A stretch of 32,000 nt of DNA from positions 1,050,001 to 1,082,000 of the forward strand of contig NC_013926.1 of assembly GCF_000025665.1 (NCBI RefSeq), given 5' to 3'. Source of the stretch: Aciduliprofundum boonei T469. GTDB lineage: Archaea; Thermoplasmatota; Thermoplasmata; Thermoplasmatales; Aciduliprofundaceae. Positions 6,901 through 14,804 of this stretch are shown in pieces. Positions within the stretch are counted from its first letter, which is position 1. Every line of letters begins with the position of its first letter. Under the pieces are notes generated by a model. It made no database searches and had not been told where the DNA came from. It saw only the letters and a list, made by a program, of their open reading frames with translations. A program made the translations under genes and the position numbers.

Positions 6901-8126
6901 GCTCCAAATTTATCAGCGCGATTCGTGGCATTTAGAATCATCTGCATCAGATCCGAGCCCCTTATCCTAAGCGAGCCCTTTGCGCAGGCAACTTCGTTGA
7001 ATTCAGAGCCTTCTGCCCTAGAATCCTCAGCGTATATCATAATTGGCACGGCATCTCCGCTGTGGTCTCCTACGCTGCAAGGAGTGCTATGGTCTGCGGT
7101 TATTACAACCACAATATCTTCGGGCAAAATCTCTAAAAGATAGCCCATGGCTTCATCTATTCTCTCTATGACCTCAACCTTCTTTCTTGGCAGCATGTCA
7201 TGTCCCGCAATATCGGTGGCTTTTATGTTGACTAAGACGAAATCGTAATCCTGCCGAGCTAAGGCCTTTATTGCCTCCCTTATTTTTCCCTTCATATCCG
7301 TATCATAGGAGCCTGTGGCCCCTGGAAAATCTATGGGATGTATGCCTGCAAGTTTGCATATTCCTCTAATCAAAGGTGTGCCAACTACGCAGGCGGCTTT
7401 CATATTGTATTTTTTCACAAAATTCTCAAGATGAGGGGCCATGCCCGCACCCCTGGGGAGAAGGATGTTTGCAGGCTTCAATCCTTTTTTCTCCCTTTCT
7501 TTATTCACGGGATGCTCTTTTAGAATCTCATAGGCCCTCTTTACAAATTCGTTTAATATTCTCGCAGTCTTCTCTGCCTCTGGCTTCAATGGCTTCGCCT
7601 CATGTATCTTCAATACTGTATCATGGGGATCCACATCGCTCACATAGGGGCTCAGTCCTGAACCACGGAGCACAAGTGCTGCACGATGCTCCACTCCCTC
7701 TTTCACAAATATCTCCACATCCTCTATCTTTATTCCGTTTATCGCACTCACAAGCTCGTGAGTTCCCTCTTTAATTCTACCAGCTCTTCTATCCAAAACA
7801 ACCAGATTCTCATCGACCGTGGCAAAATTGCAGCGAAATGCTACATCTCCTGGCGCTATATCCATGTCCAAACCAGCAGCCTCAAAGGGACCACGGCCCG
7901 TATAGACCTTGTAAGGATCGTATCCCAGCAAATTAAGATGCGAGGTGTCGCTTCCAGCCCTTATTCCTGGAGCGATTGGATCCATAAGCCCGACCATGCT
8001 CATTCTAGCGATTTTATCAAGATGTGGGGTCTCTGCAAATTGAAGTGGAGTTTTGAATCCAAGTTCCCTTATGGCTCTATCGCCAAGACCATCTAAAATG
8101 ATCAATAAAGCTTTCTTCTTATCCAT
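6897..8126 (-). CDS. apgM: 2,3-bisphosphoglycerate-independent phosphoglycerate mutase, archaeal type
   Basis: 409 aa. LIILDGLGDR at the N-terminus, ...TADHSTP...GDHSGD.VP are metal-binding motifs of the ApgM / alkaline phosphatase superfamily. Confidence 0.9.
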   Translation of the reverse strand: MDKKKALLIILDGLGDRAIRELGFKTPLQFAETPHLDKIARMSMVGLMDPIAPGIRAGSDTSHLNLLGYDPYKVYTGRGPFEAAGLDMDIAPGDVAFRCNFATVDENLVVLDRRAGRIKEGTHELVSAINGIKIEDVEIFVKEGVEHRAALVLRGSGLSPYVSDVDPHDTVLKIHEAKPLKPEAEKTARILNEFVKRAYEILKEHPVNKEREKKGLKPANILLPRGAGMAPHLENFVKKYNMKAACVVGTPLIRGICKLAGIHPIDFPGATGSYDTDMKGKIREAIKALARQDYDFVLVNIKATDIAGHDMLPRKKVEVIERIDEAMGYLLEILPEDIVVVITADHSTPCSVGDHSGDAVPIMIYAEDSRAEGSEFNEVACAKGSLRIRGSDLMQMILNATNRADKFGA

Positions 8127-8156
8127 ACTCCTATTATCACAATCTCGTAATTAAAT

Positions 8157-8450
8157 CTATTCTTCCATTACCGCTCTCTTTTTGCTCTCCATAGTTGCAT
8201 CTTTGTCCAAGCGATGGTCTATCTTTATGTCAATTATTATCCTCTTCGCTCCAAGTTTGAGCATTGCCTCTTCTCCAAGCTTAACCGCTCTGAATATGTC
8301 ATCAATGCTGCTTGCTTCAACAACCGTGCTCATTGGAGTTAGTTCTATTTTCAATCCTGTAGCTCTTATGGCTTTGAACGCCTCTTTGACAAATTTAGAT
8401 ACACTAGTTCCCTCCCCCAAGGGTGTTATGGTGAGCTCGGCAATTATCAT
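8157..8450 (-). CDS. MTH1187/YkoF-family (DUF77) thiamine-binding-like protein
   Basis: 97 aa. MIIAELTITPLGEGTSVSKFV...LTPMSTVVE... matches the MTH1187 family pattern. Confidence 0.75.
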   Translation of the reverse strand: MIIAELTITPLGEGTSVSKFVKEAFKAIRATGLKIELTPMSTVVEASSIDDIFRAVKLGEEAMLKLGAKRIIIDIKIDHRLDKDATMESKKRAVMEE

Positions 8451-8468
8451 ATTTGCAACTATGTGGCA

Positions 8469-8478
8469 TTAAATTTAA
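8469..8478. promoter_or_regulatory. Palindromic TATA-like element TTAAATTTAA shared by divergent genes (MTH1187-like and hef)
   Basis: A perfect 10-nt palindrome centred at 8473/8474 in a 51-nt divergent spacer, about 19-24 nt from the start codons at 8450 (minus) and 8502 (plus). Confidence 0.45.
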
Positions 8479-8501
8479 ATCTTTCCTTATGATACATACT
8501 C

Positions 8502-10772
8502 GTGTATATTTCACATCCCCTGCTCAGAGAGAATGCGGTGGAAGAGAGGGAGTACCAAGTTAGCATTGCAAAGAGTGCTTTGAGAGGAAATACGCTAGTA
8601 GTTTTGCCCACGGGCCTTGGTAAGACGATAATTGCAATTCTAGTTCTCGTTGAGGTCTTGCAGAAGAAGGGAGGGAAAATTTTATTTTTGGCTCCCACAA
8701 AGCCATTGGTGGAGCAGCACGCAAGAACGATAAAAAAATTGACAAAAATAGAGGATGTTATAGTTTTGACAGGAGAGGTCAGTAGGAAGAAGAGAAAAGA
8801 GCTATACGGCTCTGCAAAGGTTGTGGTTGCAACTCCCCAAATAATCCAAAATGACATCATTGCAGGAGAGTTAAAGATAGGTGATTTCTCCCTTGTAATT
8901 TTTGACGAGGCACATAGGGCTGTAGGAAACTATGCGTATGTGTACATTGCGAAAAAGTACAGGAAATCCAGAGAAGATCATCTGATTCTCGGGATAACTG
9001 CCTCTCCGGGAGGAGATGAAGAGAAGATAATGGAGATTATAGAGAATTTGGGAATTGAAAATGTGGAAATAAGAACAGAAGAGGATAAAGATGTTAAAAA
9101 GTATGTAAAGGGCTTTAAAATTAAATGGATAGAGCTTCCCATGCCAAATGAGATAAGAGAGTTGTACGGAAAGCTGAAAGAGTTGTACAATTCCATAATC
9201 ACAGAACTGAGAAAATTCGGATTGTTTTCTACATTAAAAAAGCCTACTAGAAGAGATGTGCTAAGAGCTCAAAAAATAGTGCAGCAAGAAATAAAGGATG
9301 GTAAGAGCGAGTTTTATCAAGCTGCAATGCTTATAACCATGGCGATAAAGATTGATTATGCTCTAGAATATTTAGAAACGCAGGGGTTTGAAGCTGCTTA
9401 TAATTATCTTTTGCGCATAATTGAAGAGGGAAACTCGAAGGGTGGAAGCAAGGCAGCTAGGACATTGGTGAGAGATGAAAGGTTCATAGAAATGATGAAG
9501 ATAGCAAGAAAAATTGAGGAAAGGAAAGGGGATATAGAGAATCCAAAGCTAAATGCCCTAAGGGTGATAATAAGAAAAGAGCTCGCAGAGAACAAAGATT
9601 CAAGAATTATAGTATTTACGCATTTTAGGGAGACAGCACAGCTCGTTGCAAATGCGCTTAATGAAGTTCCAGGTGTGAGAGCAGCCAGATTTGTTGGTCA
9701 GGCAAGCAAGGGGGAGGATAAGGGACTGCGGCAGAAAGAGCAGGTTGAGCTAGTTGAAAAATTCAAGAAAGGCGAGTACAATGTTCTCGTAGCCACAAGC
9801 GTGGCTGAGGAGGGCTTGGATATACCAGCCACAGATATGGTAATATTTTATGAGCCAGTGCCTTCGGAGATAAGGAGTATACAAAGGAGAGGCAGAACTG
9901 GAAGAGCAAGAATTGGGAAGGTTGTAATTTTAACGATTAAGGGTACGAGAGACATTGCTTATCTCTGGTCCTCAAGAAATAAGGAGAAGAAGATGAAAAA
10001 CGAGCTGTTATGGCTTCGCATGCTTTTAAAGGATAAACTGAAGAATGTGGAGAAGAGAGAAGTGATGAAGGAAGAAAAGAAGAAAAAGGGACAATTAAGG
10101 CTCGTTGATTTTGAAGATTCTCCAAAACCCATCATCTATGTTGATACCCGCGAATTTAGGAGCAATGTTGTGAAGTATTTATCTGAGAATTATTCAATAG
10201 TGGCAAAGCAATTTGAAGTGGGAGATTACATCATATCTGATAGAATCGCTATTGAGAGGAAAAAAGTTGATGATTTTTTAGATTCTCTAAAAGATGGAAG
10301 GTTGTTCTCGCAAATGGTTGAAATGCGCAGAAATTATGAAGTACCCATACTAATAATTGAGGGAGAGAGCCTGTTTATAAGAGGATTTCACGAAAATTCC
10401 ATATATGGTGCATTAGCTTCAATAATCTCCGATTACAAAATTCCAATAATATTTACAAAAGATGCGAGAGAGACTGCAAAGTTCATCGAAGCTTTGATGA
10501 GAAGGGAATTGGGAGAGAGGGGCGAAGTATCGCTCAGAAAAGAGAAGAGGGCTATGAGCACGGAAGAGAGGCAGAGGTACATAATAGAATCCCTACCAAA
10601 TGTTTCTGCAAAGCTATCGCAGCGATTGCTAGAGCATTTTGGAAGCGTTAAAGATGTGATTAACGCGGAGGTAGGTGAATTAATACAGGTAAAGGGCATA
10701 GGAAGGAAAACTGCCGAGGAGATTTACGATATTGTCAACAAGAAATACAAAAAGTTAAATACAAAAAATTAA
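8502..10772 (+). CDS. hef: Hef: helicase-associated endonuclease for fork-structured DNA (SF2 helicase + XPF/ERCC4 nuclease + HhH2)
   Basis: 756 aa with Walker A LPTGLGKT, DEAH box IFDEAHRA and helicase motif VI QRRGRTGR. The ERCC4 nuclease motif is IAIERKKVDDF and the C-terminal HhH is GIGRKTAEEI. GTG start. Confidence 0.92.
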   Translation: MYISHPLLRENAVEEREYQVSIAKSALRGNTLVVLPTGLGKTIIAILVLVEVLQKKGGKILFLAPTKPLVEQHARTIKKLTKIEDVIVLTGEVSRKKRKELYGSAKVVVATPQIIQNDIIAGELKIGDFSLVIFDEAHRAVGNYAYVYIAKKYRKSREDHLILGITASPGGDEEKIMEIIENLGIENVEIRTEEDKDVKKYVKGFKIKWIELPMPNEIRELYGKLKELYNSIITELRKFGLFSTLKKPTRRDVLRAQKIVQQEIKDGKSEFYQAAMLITMAIKIDYALEYLETQGFEAAYNYLLRIIEEGNSKGGSKAARTLVRDERFIEMMKIARKIEERKGDIENPKLNALRVIIRKELAENKDSRIIVFTHFRETAQLVANALNEVPGVRAARFVGQASKGEDKGLRQKEQVELVEKFKKGEYNVLVATSVAEEGLDIPATDMVIFYEPVPSEIRSIQRRGRTGRARIGKVVILTIKGTRDIAYLWSSRNKEKKMKNELLWLRMLLKDKLKNVEKREVMKEEKKKKGQLRLVDFEDSPKPIIYVDTREFRSNVVKYLSENYSIVAKQFEVGDYIISDRIAIERKKVDDFLDSLKDGRLFSQMVEMRRNYEVPILIIEGESLFIRGFHENSIYGALASIISDYKIPIIFTKDARETAKFIEALMRRELGERGEVSLRKEKRAMSTEERQRYIIESLPNVSAKLSQRLLEHFGSVKDVINAEVGELIQVKGIGRKTAEEIYDIVNKKYKKLNTKN

Positions 10773-10785
10773 ATATAAAAAGTTA
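10744..10785. repeat. 3 x 14-nt imperfect tandem repeat AATAYAAAAARTTA
   Basis: Units are 10744-10757 AATACAAAAAGTTA, 10758-10771 AATACAAAAAATTA and 10772-10785 AATATAAAAAGTTA. The repeat spans the last hef codons, the hef stop, and the TATA region of the next gene. Confidence 0.85.
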
Positions 10786-10804
10786 ATCCGCTAATAAGGT
10801 AAAA

Positions 10805-11995
10805 ATGGAGATTAAGAATTTCGGAGATTTGCCCAAAAATGCAAAGCGCTACATTCTCCTTCACACTATAGGCTCACCACTGATGATTGGTGATTATGTT
10901 GTGCTAGTGTACTTGCTCTTAACAGGGTACAAGGTAATAAGCGTAGGTGCTGTTTTTACTGCAATAAATTTTATTGAGCTCCTATTTCCTGCCATTTTAG
11001 GAAGGTTGTATGATACAAAGATAAGTGCAAAGCTCGCAATGAGTTTAATCTATTTTCTAGAAGGGCTTGCATACTTTTTCTTCTACTTAGTTTCTGGCCC
11101 CGGGACTTGGATTTTTCTTGTTTTGGGTGTATTCATCATGAAATTCGCAACTGTGTTTTATCCCATATTCCCCACATACGAGCATTATGTGTATCCTGAA
11201 GAAATAAGAGAGAAAGCTATGCTCTATCATCTAATGGTTCCCGAGTATGTTCAAATCGTGGCATTTCCCATATTTGGATTTCTCCTTACTTACATTTATC
11301 CAAGTGTTTCCGCTTACCGAAATACTTTACTTTTTATTTCCGCTGGCTCTTTTTTGATGATAGTTTACATTTTCTACGCAATAGAAGATATAAGAAAAGA
11401 GAAAATAGAGAAAGAAAGCTTCAAATTTTCAATACCCAAAAATTTCCTGTCTCTCTTCTTAATTGAAGATGCCTTGATAATAGCAGAATCTATGGTTCCC
11501 ACAATCACATTAACCTATTTTGTCATGTTCATTCTTAAACAAAGCTTCTTCGTATTGATGCTGTTAGAAGTTATAAATTCTGCAGTGACCATAATTGGTG
11601 GGCATTATTTAAAGAGTAGAGAGAGGAGCAAAAGAACTCTTTTAATTGGAGGTGTGATACTCTTTGCCCTTGTCAATGTATTTTATATTATCGCTGCCTG
11701 GCAGATGAGCATAGTTCCAGTTATTGTAGGAATAATAGTCCAAACTTTGGGAAATCTTTTCTGGTTTCCAGTGCATAGAACAATGCTGTTCAACACAATT
11801 CCCGAGGATAAGAGAGGCATGTTTTTCGGCTCAATGTCCACAGCTTTTCGAGTTTCAACAGCTGCTGCACCATTTGTTAGCGTTTTATTAATCTCTCTAT
11901 GGGTGTACTTGCCCTTCGCCTTGGCAGGAGCTCTTTACTTCATTGCAGGACTTGGATATTATATTCTCACAAAGAACTCTGAGAAAACTTTTTAA
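10805..11995 (+). CDS. MFS-type transporter (substrate unknown)
   Basis: 396 aa with about 12 hydrophobic helices and the GRLYD loop after TM2, typical of the major facilitator superfamily. Confidence 0.65.
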   Translation: MEIKNFGDLPKNAKRYILLHTIGSPLMIGDYVVLVYLLLTGYKVISVGAVFTAINFIELLFPAILGRLYDTKISAKLAMSLIYFLEGLAYFFFYLVSGPGTWIFLVLGVFIMKFATVFYPIFPTYEHYVYPEEIREKAMLYHLMVPEYVQIVAFPIFGFLLTYIYPSVSAYRNTLLFISAGSFLMIVYIFYAIEDIRKEKIEKESFKFSIPKNFLSLFLIEDALIIAESMVPTITLTYFVMFILKQSFFVLMLLEVINSAVTIIGGHYLKSRERSKRTLLIGGVILFALVNVFYIIAAWQMSIVPVIVGIIVQTLGNLFWFPVHRTMLFNTIPEDKRGMFFGSMSTAFRVSTAAAPFVSVLLISLWVYLPFALAGALYFIAGLGYYILTKNSEKTF

Positions 11996-12003
11996 ATTTA
12001 ATA
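11991..12003 (+). promoter_or_regulatory. TATA element (TTTAAATTTAATA) for tRNA-Ser, overlapping the MFS stop codon
   Basis: Contains the same TTAAATTTAA palindrome as 8469-8478. Its centre is about 22 nt upstream of the tRNA 5' end at 12019. Confidence 0.45.
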
Positions 12004-12018
12004 CCAATGACCTCGCAG

Positions 12019-12104
12019 GCCGGGGTAGCCAAGTGGACTACGGCGCCAGCCTTGAGAGCTGGTTCCCTGTATTGGGAGCGGGAGTTCGAATCTCCCCCCC
12101 GGCG
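12019..12104 (+). tRNA. tRNA-Ser (anticodon UGA), class II with long variable arm
   Basis: Acceptor GCCGGGG/CCCCGGC, 3-bp D stem GCC/GGC, anticodon arm CCAGC-CTTGAGA-GCTGG, 17-nt variable arm, T arm GGGAG-TTCGAAT-CTCCC, discriminator G. Confidence 0.9.
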
Positions 12105-12143
12105 CTTGCTAAAAGTTTTAATAGGTTAAAAATTTGTAGATTT

Positions 12144-12509
12144 ATGCAAGAAATTAGAGAGACTTACATTGAGAGAATTTATGAGCTAAAGAACAAGAAA
12201 GGATATGTAAAGACTGTAGATCTTGCAAAAGAGCTTGATGTCAAGCCCTCAAGTGTGACAGAGATGCTTCAAAAACTCGCGGATGAGGGTTATGTTATTT
12301 ATGAAAAATACAGAAAGATAGACCTGACCGAGAAAGGACTCAATCTTGCAAGAGCTCTAGAAAGAAGGCATAAGGCCATAAAGAAGCTTTTAATGTACAT
12401 TGGCGTAAGCGAAGAAATTGCCGATAAAGATGCTTGCGTTATAGAGCATGTTCTCAGCAAAGAGTCCGTGGATAAGATAATAGAGTTTGCAGATAAAATA
12501 AAGGTGTGA
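12144..12509 (+). CDS. DtxR/IdeR-family metal-dependent transcriptional repressor (short form, no SH3-like domain)
   Basis: MQEIRETYIERIYEL... wHTH, followed by RRH and DACVIEH (the C-x2-E-H metal-site pattern of DtxR). The ORF-track N-terminal extension (11943) runs through tRNA-Ser and is rejected. Confidence 0.8.
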   Translation: MQEIRETYIERIYELKNKKGYVKTVDLAKELDVKPSSVTEMLQKLADEGYVIYEKYRKIDLTEKGLNLARALERRHKAIKKLLMYIGVSEEIADKDACVIEHVLSKESVDKIIEFADKIKV

Positions 12510-12511
12510 GT

Positions 12512-13249
12512 ATGGAGCTTCGGGTAATATTTGATGAAAAGCATAAGGCGTTCTGGAACATGGCTCTTGATGAATCTCTTTTAATGCATCTAAAAGATGC
12601 AGGTCCTACACTTCGTCTCTATGGCTGGAATCCTACGGCTGTAAGCATAGGATATTTTCAGAGCTTGGAAGAAGAGGTAAATGTAGAGAGGGCAAAGGAA
12701 ATGGGCGTGGATTTAGTGCGCCGCATAACAGGAGGTGGAGCGGTGTATCACAAATGGGAGCTTACATATTCTATTGTACTGCCCCCACCTCCAGGAAAGG
12801 TGCTCGATTCTTACAAGTTAATAGAGAAAGGACTCATAGAAGCTTTCAAAGACTTGGGTATAGAAGCTAAATACTCTGGAATAAATGATATTGAAGTAAA
12901 TGGCAAGAAGATCTCTGGCAATGCACAAACGAGAAAGTATGGAGGATTGCTGCAGCATGGAACGATTTTGATAGATGTAGATATAGAAGAGATGTTCTCG
13001 CTTCTAAAAGTCCCAAGGGAGAAGCTCAAGGATAAGATTATAAAGAGCGTGAAGGATAGAGTCACTTCGCTTAGTGCTCTAGGCATAGATATGGAATTTC
13101 AAGAACTCCAGAAAATAGTGGCTGAAGGGTTCAAAAAAGCGCTAGATGCAGATCTCTATGAAGAAGATCTAAACAGAGAGATTATAAATAAGGCAAAAGA
13201 TCTGGAGGTTCATAAGTATGCAACAAAAGAGTGGCTTTACAGAAGGTAG
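12512..13249 (+). CDS. lplA: Lipoate-protein ligase A, catalytic domain protein
   Basis: WNMALDESLL, RRITGGGAVYH and KISGNAQ motifs of the BPL/LplA/LipB fold. I prefer ATG 12512 (AGGTG SD 6 nt upstream) over GTG 12506. Confidence 0.88.
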   Translation: MELRVIFDEKHKAFWNMALDESLLMHLKDAGPTLRLYGWNPTAVSIGYFQSLEEEVNVERAKEMGVDLVRRITGGGAVYHKWELTYSIVLPPPPGKVLDSYKLIEKGLIEAFKDLGIEAKYSGINDIEVNGKKISGNAQTRKYGGLLQHGTILIDVDIEEMFSLLKVPREKLKDKIIKSVKDRVTSLSALGIDMEFQELQKIVAEGFKKALDADLYEEDLNREIINKAKDLEVHKYATKEWLYRR

Positions 13250-13508
13250 GGTGGATTTCAAAGCAGGCAAGCTCATAAGGATTAGAGCCAAGTTCAGAGA
13301 TGATAAGATAGAAGATATAAGAATAACTGGAGATTTTTACATATATCCAGAAGATTCGATAGAGCTCTTGGAAGAGAAATTGAAAGGTGCTAGAATTGGA
13401 GATGTTGATAAGATAATAAATTATGTTTTAGAGGGGGCAGAGTACATAGGTATAGATTCTAAATCTCTAAGCATGGCGGTGAGAGAAGCATGGACGAACA
13501 GAAAATAG
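13218..13508 (+). CDS. lplB: Lipoate-protein ligase accessory C-terminal-domain protein
   Basis: 96 aa. ...IRITGDFYIYPEDSIELLEEKL... matches the LplA C-terminal domain, encoded as a separate ORF as in Thermoplasma acidophilum LplA/LplB. It overlaps the lplA end by 32 nt. Confidence 0.75.
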   Translation: MQQKSGFTEGRVDFKAGKLIRIRAKFRDDKIEDIRITGDFYIYPEDSIELLEEKLKGARIGDVDKIINYVLEGAEYIGIDSKSLSMAVREAWTNRK

Positions 13509-14395
13509 AGTATTTTATGCAGTACAGCGAGATTATTCCGAATTTTGATGCATTTATGGAGAGTTTAGATAAACCGCAACCATACTGGATGCGGGTTAAT
13601 ACTCTAAAAATTAGGGAGGAAGAGTTAATTGAGAGATTAGAGAATAAGGGATTCAAACTTGAAAAATACAAAAATTTGAATGCTTACAGAATAATAGATA
13701 TGCCTGTAAAGCATCCTGGGGCTACGATAGAACACTCTCTTGGCTATTATTATATCCAGGACCTATCTTCAATGGCCCCCGTTCTTGCACTAAATCCACA
13801 AAGAGGAGAGAAGATATTAGATATGGCAGCGGCACCTGGAAGCAAAACCACGATGCTCGCAGAGCTTATGAGAGAAGGAACTATAGTGGCAAATGATATT
13901 AATTTTAACAGATTAAAATCCTTGGGGGGAAATTTAGAGAGATTAGGGATTACAAATGTGCTCATAACAAAGAAAGATGCAAAAAAGGGAAATTTCGGGA
14001 TAAAATTTAATAAGATACTTCTGGATGCACCCTGCTCAGGAGAGGGGACTGTGAGAAAGAATCCTTGGGGATTTAGAGTTGTGGGAGATAGAGAGCATAA
14101 AATGCTTGCAAGAAACCAAAAAATAATGCTCAAAAATGCGAGCAGGCATGTCAATAATGGTGGTATCATAGTTTACTCAACTTGCACTTTCAATCCATGG
14201 GAAAATGAAGGTGTGGTGAAGTATGGAATTGAGACCTTGAGTCTTGAACCAGTTTACTTTGATATTCCAATTCCGCATTTTAAAGGTGTGGAAGAGTGGG
14301 GGGGAGAAAAGTACGAGTATGGAGAATATTACAAGAGAATCTACCCACATTTAGAAGATACGGGGGGTATGTTCATTGCAGTTCTTAAAAAATAA
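13490..14395 (+). CDS. NOL1/NOP2/Sun-family RNA (cytosine-C5)-methyltransferase, catalytic part
   Basis: SAM motif DMAAAPGSKT, motif IV DAPCSGEG and motif VI YSTCT. It ends at a TAA directly after an A6 run (14387-14392). Confidence 0.88.
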   Translation: MDEQKIEYFMQYSEIIPNFDAFMESLDKPQPYWMRVNTLKIREEELIERLENKGFKLEKYKNLNAYRIIDMPVKHPGATIEHSLGYYYIQDLSSMAPVLALNPQRGEKILDMAAAPGSKTTMLAELMREGTIVANDINFNRLKSLGGNLERLGITNVLITKKDAKKGNFGIKFNKILLDAPCSGEGTVRKNPWGFRVVGDREHKMLARNQKIMLKNASRHVNNGGIIVYSTCTFNPWENEGVVKYGIETLSLEPVYFDIPIPHFKGVEEWGGEKYEYGEYYKRIYPHLEDTGGMFIAVLKK

Positions 14396-14804
14396 TTATT
14401 ATGGCAAGTACTTTGTTGAGAGGTTTGGCATTCCTGAAAAGATTGTTGAGAGGTATACATTTTGGGTCAGAGGCAAGAGAGTATGGGCATTCAGCGGAGA
14501 GTACATCGATATCAAAGATATTGAAGTATTGGGCATAAAAGCCCTATCTTTAGGCAATACTCCCAAACCCTCCACAGCCTTCTTGAGAGTTATTGGAAAA
14601 TATGCCACAAAGAATGTTGTGCATTTAGAGAAAGAGCAAACTATAAAATTCTTAAAAGGGGAGGATATTGAGGAAGAATTTAATGTTGACCCGGGATATG
14701 TGATTGTAAAGAGCGATGAAGATATTCTAGGATGTGGTTTGTATAAAGGGGCATTGATTAACCAGCTCCCTAAAAAATACAGGTATGAGAATACATGGCT
14801 CTAG
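14376..14804 (+). CDS. PUA-like C-terminal domain of RsmF/NSUN-type methyltransferases, here a separate +1-frame ORF (TTG start)
   Basis: GYVIVKSDEDILGCGLYKGALINQLPKKYR resembles the RsmF C-terminal PUA-like motif (..plG.gK.....lKN..Pk..R). It overlaps the catalytic ORF by 20 nt and has no in-frame ATG near its 5' end. Confidence 0.6.
   Translation: MQFLKNNYYGKYFVERFGIPEKIVERYTFWVRGKRVWAFSGEYIDIKDIEVLGIKALSLGNTPKPSTAFLRVIGKYATKNVVHLEKEQTIKFLKGEDIEEEFNVDPGYVIVKSDEDILGCGLYKGALINQLPKKYRYENTWL

Noticed and set aside
7376-8096. Long plus-strand ORFs (132 and 136 aa) antisense to apgM; also 6925-7143 and 7338-7523
   Set aside because: Their products are Ser/Leu/Pro/His-rich and low-complexity, with no family resemblance. 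They are explained as shadow ORFs of a relatively GC-rich gene with a strong, unmistakable sense-strand product.
8459-8860. 133-aa minus-strand ORF overlapping the hef 5' region
   Set aside because: It is antisense to the conserved helicase motif I/Ia region of hef, would run across the divergent promoter, and has no recognisable features.
11943-12143. N-terminal extension of ORF 11943..12509 (188 aa)
   Set aside because: The extension reads straight through tRNA-Ser (12019-12104) and its promoter. The DtxR-like homology begins at the ATG at 12144.
12105-12143. Possible DtxR/IdeR operator upstream of the dtxR-like gene (TAGGTTA half-site at about 12122-12128)
   Set aside because: Only one half-site-like heptamer is present. 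The expected inverted partner (TAACCTA) is absent and the surrounding sequence is generic AT-rich promoter DNA.
13750-14169. 139-aa minus-strand ORF antisense to the NSUN methyltransferase; similarly 31352-31801 antisense to the peptidase and 29967-30587 antisense to the ABC ATPase
   Set aside because: All lie opposite confidently identified genes and encode Ser/Phe/Leu/Pro-rich low-complexity sequences typical of antisense shadows.
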